From positions 555,870 to 619,869 of the forward strand of contig CAVPJM010000002.1 of NCBI GenBank assembly GCA_963705455.1: a stretch of DNA of 64,000 bases, read 5' to 3'. Source of the stretch: Sulfurovaceae bacterium (lineage in GTDB: Bacteria > Campylobacterota > Campylobacteria > Campylobacterales > Sulfurovaceae). Under the pieces are notes generated by a model that did no database searches, was not told the DNA's origin, and saw only the letters and a program-made list of their open reading frames with translations. Positions within the stretch are counted from its first letter, which is position 1. Every line of letters begins with the position of its first letter. Of this stretch, positions 49,672-59,979 are shown piece after piece. The translations under genes were made by a program, and so were the position numbers.

Positions 49672-50330
49672 AAGTATTATTACTTGAAGATGAATTGATG
49701 CTTCAGGGTGCGATAAAAGAGTATCTGACTGATACAGGATATGATGTGACAGCATTCGAAGATGGACAGGAAGCATATAATAATATATCAGAAAACATGT
49801 ATGATCTTTTTATCTTTGATATCAATACACCGAGTATGGATGGACTTTCTTTACTAGAAAAGCTACAAAAAGAGAGAATATTTGTTCCTACTATTTTCAT
49901 CTCTGCAATTACTGAGATAGAACAGATAAGTCAGGCATACGCTTTGGGGTGTTATGACTACTTGAAAAAACCTTTCCATCTAAAAGAACTGAGTTTGCAT
50001 ATTGAAAGATTGTTAAAAATTGCAGATATAAGAGCAAAAAATTTTATCAGAATATCAAAGATGTATTGTTATGATTCAGAAAATCAATGTTTGTTATTTG
50101 ATGGTGAAGAACAGCACTTAACACATAAACAAGCACAGATCATAGAAGTACTTGCAAAGAATATCAATAAAGTAGTTGACTTTGAAATGCTCAGGTACTA
50201 TGCCTGGGATAACAGTCCTGTAGACAATGCCATTATCAGATCAGAGATACATAGGGTTCGTCAAGTACTTAAAGAAGATCTGATCACAACACTTAAAGGT
50301 GTAGGATATACACTTTCTAAACAAATTTAA
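49668..50330 (+). CDS. OmpR/PhoB-family response regulator
   Basis: LLEDE, DLFIFDI, DYLKKPF, winged-helix end TLKGVGY; overlaps the kinase stop. Confidence 0.93.
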   Translation: MKVLLLEDELMLQGAIKEYLTDTGYDVTAFEDGQEAYNNISENMYDLFIFDINTPSMDGLSLLEKLQKERIFVPTIFISAITEIEQISQAYALGCYDYLKKPFHLKELSLHIERLLKIADIRAKNFIRISKMYCYDSENQCLLFDGEEQHLTHKQAQIIEVLAKNINKVVDFEMLRYYAWDNSPVDNAIIRSEIHRVRQVLKEDLITTLKGVGYTLSKQI

Positions 50331-50418
50331 TCTTTTTGACGATGATTCGTCTCTTATTTTGTAACCAATATACACACATAATTTTTTTTAATAGAACTTT
50401 CTCACCTACTTTTCATAC

Positions 50419-50452
50419 ATGCTATGTTAATGCTACGTTAACCCTTCATACT
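50419..50452 (+). promoter_or_regulatory. 11-bp tandem direct repeat (candidate OmpR-type operator) and candidate -10 box upstream of the porin-actP-acs cluster
   Basis: atgctatgtta (50419-50429) then atgctacgtta (50430-50440), then catact (50447-50452) and RBS aggag. Confidence 0.6.
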
Positions 50453-50481
50453 CTCATCGTACAAAAATAATAGGAGACAAA

Positions 50482-51855
50482 ATGAGAAAATATTTAGCAT
50501 TATCTGCCGTGGCATCAACACTGCTTATGGCGGGAGGAGATATTGCACCAGTTGAACCAGTTGTAGCTGTGCAAGAAGCTGAAGTAGATTACGGTGAGGT
50601 GTTTGGTCAATTCAGAACATTTTATGTTGATAGAACATATCTAGGAGGATATGAAAATAATCGTAATACTCTAGCAACAGGTGGTTATATAGGATATAAA
50701 TCACCAGACTTTAATGGACTTGACAGCAGTTGTAGCTGCTTATGGTGTTTATGGATTTGATATGCATGATATAGATATAGATGCTGGACTTTATGGTGAT
50801 ACTACCAGTTATGATCCTTCACTGACAGGTCGTAATGGAGAGGATTATGCATTTATAGGAGAAGCATATCTTAACTATGCATTTGGTAATACGAACATTA
50901 AAGTAGGTCGTCAAAGACTTGATACACCATTGGCAGGTGCTGATGATGCAAGAATGCTTCCAAACCTTTTTGAAGCAGCAGTAGTAAGTAATACTGATAT
51001 TGAAGATACAACATTGATATTAGCACATGTGACTAGAGAAACAACAGGTACATTTAGTAATATTTATGATGACGGTTATGCAATTAGGTATTGTAAGTGG
51101 TTACGGTGCAGGTACAACATTAGCACAAAGTGGTGACTTTGTAAATATGGGTGTTGTTGCACTTGGTGCAGGAAATAAAACTGATGGTGTAACTGCAGGT
51201 GCTTTTATCTATAAAGGTATTGATGGAGTTACGTTACAGGGATGGGACTATTATGCCCATGATATCTTGAATGCTGTCTATCTCCAAGCTGATTATGGTT
51301 GGAAGTGTCTTTTAAATGAGAATGTGAAGATGAATGCTTCGGCACAATACATTGGTCAAAGTGAAGTAGGAGATGCATTGGCAGGTAATGTTGATAGTGA
51401 TTACTGGGCCGTAAAATTAGGTGCAAGTTCAGGTGCATTAAGCGCTTATATGGCTTATTCTCAAACAGGAGAGAGTGGAGATACTAATCTAATGAATGGA
51501 GGTATTATTACTCCATGGGGTGGAATGCCAGCATTTACACAAGGAATGGTAACAAGACACCAGTTCTTTGCAGATACTGATTCTTGGAAAGTAGCAGCAA
51601 CATATAAATTAAATGATATTTTGGATGCTGATGTAAAAATAACTGGATACTATACCTCATTTGATGTTGGAGCAAAACTCAAGTGTTTATGCTAAAGGAT
51701 TAAAGTCAACAGAACCTGGTTTTGACATTGAATACCAAGCAACAAAAGACTTGAATCTAAGATTTAGAGGGAATTTTCCAAATGATTTTGGCTACAAAGA
51801 TGGTGTTCCATTTGATTGGGATGAGTACAGACTTATCGTAAACTATAACTTTTAA
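50482..51855 (+). CDS. OprD-like outer membrane porin, 3 frameshifts
   Basis: Signal peptide with GGDIAPVEP, KVGRQRLDTPL...DDARMLPNLFEA, C-terminal beta-signal LIVNYNF. Confidence 0.85.
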
Positions 51856-51916
51856 AAAGTTTAAACATGTATAGTATGTTAAGAAACATACCATATCATA
51901 ATAATAAGGATAAAAA

Positions 51917-52237
51917 ATGACACAAGAACAAGTACAACAGATCAAAAACAATCCTAAGTATCAAAAACTTGTAAGCACAAGAAGCAAGTTCGCCTGGACA
52001 TTAACAATTGTTATGTTAGTGGTCTATTATGCATATATTTTATTTATTGCATTCAGCCCAGAAACATTGGGAACTAAAATTAGCCCGGACGGTATGGCTA
52101 CATGGGGTATACCTGTAGGTATTGCTATTATTGTTTTTGCATTTGCAATGACAGGTGTATATGTAAGAAGAGCCAATGGAGAGTTTGATGGACTCTTAAA
52201 TGAACTAAAAAATGATATAAAAAAGGAGATGAAATAA
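51917..52237 (+). CDS. yjcH: DUF485 (YjcH) membrane protein
   Basis: NPKYQKLV, 2 TM helices, [10 protein letters not shown]; overlaps the actP start. Confidence 0.9.
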   Translation: MTQEQVQQIKNNPKYQKLVSTRSKFAWTLTIVMLVVYYAYILFIAFSPETLGTKISPDGMATWGIPVGIAIIVFAFAMTGVYVRRANGEFDGLLNELKNDIKKEMK

Positions 52238-53904
52238 TGTTAGGTAGAACTTTATCTCTATTTATGATGGCTTCTTTGACTTTTGCATTCGCAGCGGGAG
52301 CTGATCTGGGTGCAGGTACAAAAGCAGAAGAAATGAATGTACCTGCTATTGTAATGTTTTTTATTTTTGTTGCTGCAACACTAGGTATTACTTACTGGGC
52401 TTCGAAAAGAACAAAATCTGCCAGTGACTTCTATACGGCAGGTGGTGGTATCACAGGTACACAAAACGGTGCAGCTATTGCAGGTGATTATATGTCAGCA
52501 GCGTCTTTTCTTGGTATTACCGGTATGGTTTACCTTAAAGGATATGATGGTCTTATCTTCTCTATCGGTTTTCTAGTAGGTTGGCCGATCATTCTATTTA
52601 TGATCTCTGAGCAACTTAGAAACTTGGGTAAATATACATTTGCGGATGTTACGGCCTATAGATTACAGCAAAAACCTGTAAGAATTTTAGCTGCATTGGG
52701 TTCAATTTCGGTTGTTATTCTTTACCTTATTGCTCAAATGGTTGGTGCAGGTAAATTGATTGAGATCCTTTTTGGTCTTGATTATGAATTTGCAGTTGTG
52801 CTTGTTGGTATTCTGATGATACTTTATGTAGCGTTTGGTGGTATGCTTGCAACAACATGGGTACAGATCATTAAAGCGGTCTTACTTCTTGCAGGTACTA
52901 CTTTCATGTCCATTATGGTAATGGCGAAGTTTGGATTTAGTTTCGATGCACTCTTTACACAAGCGACAGAGATCCACTCACAAGGTGTAGAAATCATGAG
53001 TCCTGGTGGTCTTGTAAGTGACCCTGTTTCAGCGATCTCTCTTGGTATTGCATTGATGTTTGGTACAGCGGGTCTTCCTCATATCCTTATGAGATTCTTT
53101 ACAGTTGCAGATGCAAAAGAGGCCAGAAAGTCAGTATTTGTTGCTACAGGTTTGATCGGATATTTCTATGTACTTACATTTATCATGGGATTCGGTGCGA
53201 TCGTTCTTGTACTTGGAGATCCTGCAGGTTCTTATTTGGCAGCAGATGGTGTCACGCTTAAGGGTATGAACAATATGGCAGCTGTATGGCTGGCTCACGC
53301 TGTAGGCGGAGACTACTTCCTTGGATTTATTTCAGCTGTTGCATTTGCTACGATTTTAGCAGTTGTTTCTGGCCTTACACTTGCAGGTGCATCTGCAATC
53401 TCTCATGATCTTTATGCCAATGCATTTGCAAAAGGTAAAGTAGATGAGAAAAAAGAGATGAACGTTTCTAAAATGGCTACAATTGCTATTGGTATTGTGG
53501 CTATCTTCTTTGGTATTGCATTTGAAAAGCAAAACATTGCATTTGTTGTAGCGTTGGCATTTACCATTGCAGCATCTGCTAACTTCCCGGTACTCTTTAT
53601 GTCAATCTTCTGGAAGAAGCTTACGACAAGAGGTGCAGTGCTTGGTGGTTATATTGGATTGATCTCTGCACTTGTACTGGTTATTCTCGGTCCTGTAGTA
53701 TGGACTCAGATACTAGGCAATGCAGAAGCGATTGTCCCATACAAGTTTCCAGCAGTGTTCTCTGTACCAATGGCATTCATAGCAATATGGTTCTTCTCTA
53801 TCACTGATAAAAGTGAAGATGCGAAGAGATGTGAAGAAGAGTTTGATGCACAAGATATTAGATGCCAGACTGGTATCGGTTCTACTGGAGCAGTAGCTCA
53901 CTAA
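52237..53904 (+). CDS. actP: Cation/acetate symporter (SSS family)
   Basis: [39 protein letters not shown]. Confidence 0.94.
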   Translation: MLGRTLSLFMMASLTFAFAAGADLGAGTKAEEMNVPAIVMFFIFVAATLGITYWASKRTKSASDFYTAGGGITGTQNGAAIAGDYMSAASFLGITGMVYLKGYDGLIFSIGFLVGWPIILFMISEQLRNLGKYTFADVTAYRLQQKPVRILAALGSISVVILYLIAQMVGAGKLIEILFGLDYEFAVVLVGILMILYVAFGGMLATTWVQIIKAVLLLAGTTFMSIMVMAKFGFSFDALFTQATEIHSQGVEIMSPGGLVSDPVSAISLGIALMFGTAGLPHILMRFFTVADAKEARKSVFVATGLIGYFYVLTFIMGFGAIVLVLGDPAGSYLAADGVTLKGMNNMAAVWLAHAVGGDYFLGFISAVAFATILAVVSGLTLAGASAISHDLYANAFAKGKVDEKKEMNVSKMATIAIGIVAIFFGIAFEKQNIAFVVALAFTIAASANFPVLFMSIFWKKLTTRGAVLGGYIGLISALVLVILGPVVWTQILGNAEAIVPYKFPAVFSVPMAFIAIWFFSITDKSEDAKRCEEEFDAQDIRCQTGIGSTGAVAH

Positions 53905-53914
53905 TTAATATTTC

Positions 53915-53933
53915 CCAAGGCCTTTGGCCTTGG
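53915..53933 (+). other. GC-rich intergenic hairpin between actP and the DUF294 gene
   Basis: ccaaggcc-ttt-ggccttgg, no U-tract, 3 nt before RBS aggag. Confidence 0.6.
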
Positions 53934-53948
53934 CATAGGAGAAAGTCA

Positions 53949-55775
53949 GTGATAACATTATTAGATAACTTAAAATCACATCCTCCTTTTACGATCTTGG
54001 ATAACAATGAGTTTGATCTTATTGAAAGCCATGCACAAATTGCATATTATCCTAACGAAACACTACTTATCAATAAAGATGACATCCCCCAAAATCTTTT
54101 TGTAATTATCAAAGGTACTGTAGAAGTACTTGATGACAATGAAGAACAAATTGATGTCTATCAGACCCATGATATCTTTGGCGGTATAGAGATCATAGAA
54201 GATCAACCTTCGTTATATCGTTACGTTGTGACAGAAGAATTGATATGTTTTGAGCTTCCTAAAGCACTGTTCTTGGAAGTTTGTGAAAGCAATAAAGAAT
54301 TTAAACATTATTTCTTTTCAAGTATCGTAGAACGTATCGATATGCTTAAAGAGAAGAAAGAATATGCTTCTATGAGTGATCTGATGATAGCAAGATTAGA
54401 TGAATCTATTTTACATAAAGCTTGTGTTGTGGATCCTAATATTCCGATAGTTGAAGCACTTAAACGTATGGATATAGAGGGTGCAAGTTGTCTATTGGTA
54501 CAGAATGATGAAGGATACGGAATTGTGACCGATGCTGATTTCAGATATTATATTCTACACAAAGAAGAAGAGAGTTTAGAAACGATCTCACAGATACAAA
54601 CCTATCCTGCTTTCTCCATTAAAAATGGTGAACTTCTTTTTAATGTGTTGCTTTTGATGACTGAACATAGCATAAAACATCTTCCTGTACTAGATGAAAG
54701 AAACAGTGTTGTAGGTATACTTGAACTTGTTGATCTGTTAAGTTTCTTCTCAAATCAGTCTCATCTTATTACCGTTCAAATGGAAAAAGCACGAACTGTA
54801 GAGAGTGTCATTGATGCATCCAAGCGTTTAGATGTGATGATAGGTGCATTACATGCTAAAGGAGTTAAAAGCAGATATATAGCCAAGTTGGTATCTGAGA
54901 TCAATAAAAAAATGTATATAAAGCTCTTTGAAATGATCATTCCACATTCATGGCATGATAAGTGTACACTTGTATTGCTTGGCAGTGAAGGGCGTGCATC
55001 ACAGATCCTTAGAACAGACCAGGATAATGCACTTGTCTTTGAACAAGGTTTTATGCCCGAGGATGCACCATCTGTCACACAGAGATTTATCGAAGTTCTT
55101 GATGAGATAGGTTTTCCACGCTGTGAGGGAAACATTATGATGATTAATCCAAAGTGGTGTAAACCTCTTGAATCATACAAAGACGATATCTATCGCTGGA
55201 TAGAAGATCCAAATTATGATAATTTTATGGATATGGCCATCTTTTTTGATTCTACACCTGTTGCAGGAAAACTATCACTGCATACAGAGCTAATTGATTA
55301 CCTTTTTAGCACAGTGGAACAAACACCTTCGATACTGATGCATTTTGCACGGGCAATTGAAACGTTTGAATCATCGTTGGGATTCTTTTCACAGTTCGTT
55401 CATGATAAGGAACACAAGCATGAAATAGACATTAAAAAGGGAGCACTTTTTGCATTGATACATGGTGTACGTTCATTGGCCTTGGAACATAAGATAAGAG
55501 CAACCAATACAACACTTCGTATCAAAGAACTTAATAATATTGGTTTCTTGAGTAAAGAAGATGCAACAGATATGATGGAAGCACTTGAAATCCTCAATAC
55601 ATTGAGACTCCATTCACAGCTTGAACAGTTGGCAAAAGGAGAGAAGCTTAATAATTATATTTCTGTGAGAAATATAGGAAAACTTGAACGAGATCTTCTC
55701 AAAGATGCTATTAAAACAGTAAATAAGTTTAAAAAGATGGTGAGTTATCACTTTCATCTATCTGTGGTCGGGTAA
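53949..55775 (+). CDS. cNMP-binding + CBS-pair + nucleotidyltransferase (DUF294/DUF294_C) protein
   Basis: HPPF, LFVIIKGTVE, DIFGG (cNMP); GIVTDAD, IKHLPV (CBS); LGSEGR...TDQDNAL (Pol-beta-like NTase); DIKKGA; GTG start after aggag. Confidence 0.9.
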   Translation: MITLLDNLKSHPPFTILDNNEFDLIESHAQIAYYPNETLLINKDDIPQNLFVIIKGTVEVLDDNEEQIDVYQTHDIFGGIEIIEDQPSLYRYVVTEELICFELPKALFLEVCESNKEFKHYFFSSIVERIDMLKEKKEYASMSDLMIARLDESILHKACVVDPNIPIVEALKRMDIEGASCLLVQNDEGYGIVTDADFRYYILHKEEESLETISQIQTYPAFSIKNGELLFNVLLLMTEHSIKHLPVLDERNSVVGILELVDLLSFFSNQSHLITVQMEKARTVESVIDASKRLDVMIGALHAKGVKSRYIAKLVSEINKKMYIKLFEMIIPHSWHDKCTLVLLGSEGRASQILRTDQDNALVFEQGFMPEDAPSVTQRFIEVLDEIGFPRCEGNIMMINPKWCKPLESYKDDIYRWIEDPNYDNFMDMAIFFDSTPVAGKLSLHTELIDYLFSTVEQTPSILMHFARAIETFESSLGFFSQFVHDKEHKHEIDIKKGALFALIHGVRSLALEHKIRATNTTLRIKELNNIGFLSKEDATDMMEALEILNTLRLHSQLEQLAKGEKLNNYISVRNIGKLERDLLKDAIKTVNKFKKMVSYHFHLSVVG

Positions 55776-56390
55776 ATGTTCAGATCATTAAAAAAGAAGT
55801 GGAACTTTAAACATCTGAAGGATGAACGTTTTACATTTTTATTTGATGAATCTGAAGAGGATGAGATAGTTGTTTTTGACTGTGAGACAACAGGTCTCAA
55901 TCCAACTGTTGATAATATTGTCTCTATTGGTGCAGTAAAGATCAAGGGTAACAAGATTTTAATGAATGAGGCGATACATATTTATGTCGATCAAGAGAAA
56001 GAGATCGATCATAAAAGTATTACGATACACCAGATCAGGAACTGTGATCTTCATGGAGCAATTCCGCTAAAGGAGGCTATGGAAAGATTTCTTTATTATA
56101 TTGGAAATAGGTCTTTAGCAGGTTACTATTTGGAATTTGATGTGGCTATGGTAAATAAATATATCAAACCGATGTATGGTATTACATTGCCTAACAAACA
56201 AGAAGAGGTATCATCGATCTATTATGATAAAAAGATATCAACCATACCTCAGGGAAATATAGATTTGCGATTTGATACGATCTTGAAAGATTTGGATTTA
56301 CCAAAACTCCAGGCCCATGATGCATTAAATGATGCCATTATGACGGCTTTGATCTATCTTAAACTAAAAAATACAACGAGACTAAAATAA
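55776..56390 (+). CDS. DEDDh 3'-5' exonuclease (DnaQ-like)
   Basis: FDCETTG, GYYLEFD, HDALNDA; ATG directly follows the previous TAA. Confidence 0.92.
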   Translation: MFRSLKKKWNFKHLKDERFTFLFDESEEDEIVVFDCETTGLNPTVDNIVSIGAVKIKGNKILMNEAIHIYVDQEKEIDHKSITIHQIRNCDLHGAIPLKEAMERFLYYIGNRSLAGYYLEFDVAMVNKYIKPMYGITLPNKQEEVSSIYYDKKISTIPQGNIDLRFDTILKDLDLPKLQAHDALNDAIMTALIYLKLKNTTRLK

Positions 56391-56410
56391 ATTATTTATA
56401 GGAAGAAAGA

Positions 56411-58374
56411 ATGTTACAAGAAATCTATCAACCAAATCCAGAATTTGCAAAAGATGCAAGAATAAAAAGTATGGATGAATACAATGCTTTGGTAAAAAAA
56501 GCCACTGAAGATTATGAAGGTTTCTGGAAAGAGTATGCAGATGAGAAGATCGATTGGTTTGAACCGTATGATACAGTATTGGATGAGTCGAATGCTCCAT
56601 TCGTAAAGTGGTTCGATGGTGGTAAACTCAATGTTGCACACCAGTGTATTGACCGTCATTTGGAGACTAGAAAAAATAAGGCAGCGATCATTTTTGAAGG
56701 TGATAGAGGTGATAAGCAGGTTATTACCTATCTGGATCTTTTTTATAATGTAAATAAGTTTGCAAACCTTCTTAAAGAAGATTTTGGTGTAAAAAAAGGT
56801 GATAGAGTAGTCATCTATATGCCAATGATCCCTGAAGCTGCTTATGCGATGTTAGCATGTGCCCGTATCGGTGCGATCCACTCTATCGTATTTGGCGGAT
56901 TCTCTTCTGAAGCATTACGTGACAGAATAGAAGATGCTGAGGCAAAAGTAGTGATCACCGCAGACGGTGCATACAGAAAAACAAAACCATATATGCTAAA
57001 ACCTGTAGTAGATGAGGCACTTAAAGGTAAAACACCTGTTGAAAAAGTGTTAGTGGTAGAGAGAAATAATGAAGATGTTACTTGGGTAGCTGGACGTGAC
57101 TACTCGTACAATGAACTTATTCAAAATAAATCTGGTAAATGTGATGCAGAACCTATGGATAGTGAGGACCCACTCTTCTTACTCTATACTTCTGGTAGTA
57201 CAGGAAAACCAAAAGGTGTACAACACAACACAGCTGGGTACATTCTTTGGGCTCAAATGACTATGGAATGGGTATTTGATGTAAAGGAAAATGATACCTA
57301 CTGGTGTACTGCAGATGTTGGTTGGATCACTGGTCATACGTATATCGTATATGGTCCACTTGCAATGGGTGCGACCACTGTTATGTTTGAAGGTGTTATT
57401 ACATTCCCAGATGCTGGTCGTCCATGGAAAATGGTAGAAGAGCATAGAATCAACCAATTTTATACAGCGCCAACAGCTATTCGTGTACTTCATAAAACAG
57501 GCGAAAATGAACCGGCGAAATATGATCTCTCAAGCCTTAAAGTACTTGGAACAGTTGGTGAACCGATTGATCCGCCAGCATGGAAATGGTACTATGAAGA
57601 AGTGGGTCAAAGCAAGTGTGCGATCGTAGATACATACTGGCAGACTGAGACAGGTGGACACATTGTTTCTCCACTTCCTGGTGCGACACCTATAAAACCG
57701 GCATGTGCAACACTTCCCCTACCAGGTATTATGGCTGAGATACTTGATCCTGAAACGGGTAAAAAAGTAGGAGAGGGTGAAAGTGGATATATGTGTGTTA
57801 CACGCCCTTGGCCGTCTCAAATACGTGGTGTATGGGGAGATGACGAGCGTTTCAAAAAGTCTTACTTTGGTGATGTTGTAAAAGATGGTAAACCAGTATA
57901 CTTTACAGGTGATGGTGCCATATATGGTGAAAATGGTTACATCACAATTACAGGTCGTACAGATGATGTTATCAATGTATCTGGTCACCGTATGGGTACA
58001 GCTGAAGTGGAAGCAGCAATCAAAAAACACGATAACGTTGCTGCCGTTGCAGTTGTAGGTAAACCTCATGAGCTTAAGGGAGAAGGAATCTTTGCATACA
58101 TAGTACTCAAATCTGTACCGGCAGAACATAAAGATGATATAGCCAATGAAGTTGAGACCATAAAAGAGATCAACAATATCATTAAAACTGAGATCGGTAA
58201 CATCGCATTGTGTGATGACATGGTCTTTGTACCAGATCTTCCAAAAACAAGATCAGGAAAGATCATGAGAAGGATCCTTAGAGCGATTGCAAAAGGTGAA
58301 AAGATCACTCAGGATACTTCTACCCTTGAAGATCCTAGTATTGTAGGTCAGATAGAAGAGCTTGTTAATACTAA
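56411..58374 (+). CDS. acs: Acetyl-CoA synthetase (AMP-forming); stop probably lost by an indel, 3' end approximate
   Basis: [49 protein letters not shown]. Confidence 0.97.
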
Positions 58375-58384
58375 TACTTATTTC

Positions 58385-58412
58385 TATCCTCTCTTTTTAA
58401 ACAGAGGGGATA
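58385..58412 (+). terminator. Stem-loop after acs
   Basis: tatcctctc / gaggggata arms with one G-U pair. Confidence 0.5.
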
Positions 58413-58456
58413 AACTCTTAATTATAACATTACAGAAAAGTGACTTTAAATATTTT

Positions 58457-59355
58457 ATGGAAAATTTTATCTTAATTGTATTGGCTATTGGTATTGGATA
58501 TGGATTAAATAGACTACGTATCTTCCCTGATGAGGCAGCAAATATTTTAAATCAATTTGTTATATTTATTTCTCTTGCCTGCAATGATACTACTGCAAAT
58601 ACCTAAACTGACACTTTCTATGGATATTGTGATTCCTGTGATCATTGCCTGGATCGTTATGGCACTGACTGCTCTTTTCACACTGTTTATTTCCAATATA
58701 ATTTCATTTTAGTAAGGAAGTTACAGGTGCTTTAATGCTTGTTGCAGTATTGACCAATTCATCTTTTTTGGGCATTCCTATCATCAGTGCATATTTAGGT
58801 GATGAGGCACTGCCTTTTATTTTGGTTTATGATCAAATAGGGACTTTTTTGGCACTCGCAACGTATGGTATATTTGTAGCTGCTTATTATTCCAATAAAA
58901 GTGAAATGAATATTCAGATCATGGTAGTAAAGATACTTACATTCCCTCCATTTGTTTCATTGATCATTGCGTTGTTCTTTATAGGTACATCTTTTCTTGA
59001 AGAGATCTCAAAAGTATTGGCAACTTTAGCCAATACTATCGTACCTATTGCCTTGGTTGCTGTGGGACTACAGTTGCAACTGAAACTTCCAGGGCACGAA
59101 ATAAAACCTTTTGCTATGGCACTGTTTATCAAATTGGTGATCGCTCCTATGATCGCACTGGCAATTGTTAAAATAGCGGGTTGGACCAATTTAGCTGCAA
59201 ACGTTTCTGTCATGGAAGCAGGAATGGCACCTATGATCACAGCAGGAGCCATGGCATCATTGTCAGGACTGGCTCCAAGACTCAGTTCTGCCATCGTCGG
59301 TTATGGGATACTACTCTCTTTTTTTAGCACGGCACTCTTATTTAAACTCTTGTAG
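58457..59355 (+). CDS. AEC (auxin efflux carrier / malate permease) family transporter, frameshifted
   Basis: [43 protein letters not shown]. Confidence 0.85.
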
Positions 59356-59369
59356 AGTTAAGAATATTT

Positions 59370-59979
59370 TTAGACACAAGAGAGTTGGTATTCCACCATT
59401 TTCTCAAAGGGGAGTAAAAAACGATCTAGTTTTTTACTCTCAATCTGTTCAATCTGATGAGTGTTTAAACGTTTTAAGACACATAAGGTAGACTCCATTG
59501 TACTGAGGCAGTAGTTTTTAGGTTGTTCTTTAAAAGTAAATTTTGAGACTTCGGTATGGGTGAAACTGACTTTTTGCAAAGCATCAATATTTGGACTTGC
59601 TGTTAAAATAGCTCTTGAACAGGGCCATGTAGAGTCTATAAGAAAAATAACTGTATTTTTTTTCTCTTCTCCTATGGGTTCTTCATTGAGATCAATACTA
59701 TTTTCATGTGGGTAGAGCGTGTAGCAGATATTTGCTTGGATCATTTATGATAATATTGATGGCTGGATGCTTTGTAAAATCAATGCCTACATGGATCTCA
59801 CAATTCTTCAAAGACAAGTTTGTAAAATGTCCTGTACCGTTTTTGGTTTTTCTAAACTCTTTTGGATGCATCAGGATAACAAATCGTGTGTTTGTCTCTA
59901 TGGGCGTAATATATCTGCACATACATGAGGTTTGAGGACGATAGCAGGTGTAGCAGATGCTTCTATTGGGTTGTTTCAT
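59370..59979 (-). CDS. DTW-domain tRNA-uridine aminocarboxypropyltransferase, 1 frameshift
   Basis: CYTCYRPQTSCMC, MHPKE...NGTG, IDSTW, LSTMES. Confidence 0.88.

Noticed and set aside
53862-53948. N-terminal extension of the DUF294 ORF overlapping actP
   Set aside because: The RBS and GTG at 53949 mark the likely start, and the extension spans the actP stop and a hairpin.
56411-58606. Apparent 731-aa Acs fused to a membrane segment
   Set aside because: Acs homology ends near 58370, a terminator-like hairpin follows, and the AEC gene has its own ATG at 58457. A stop lost to an indel explains the read-through.
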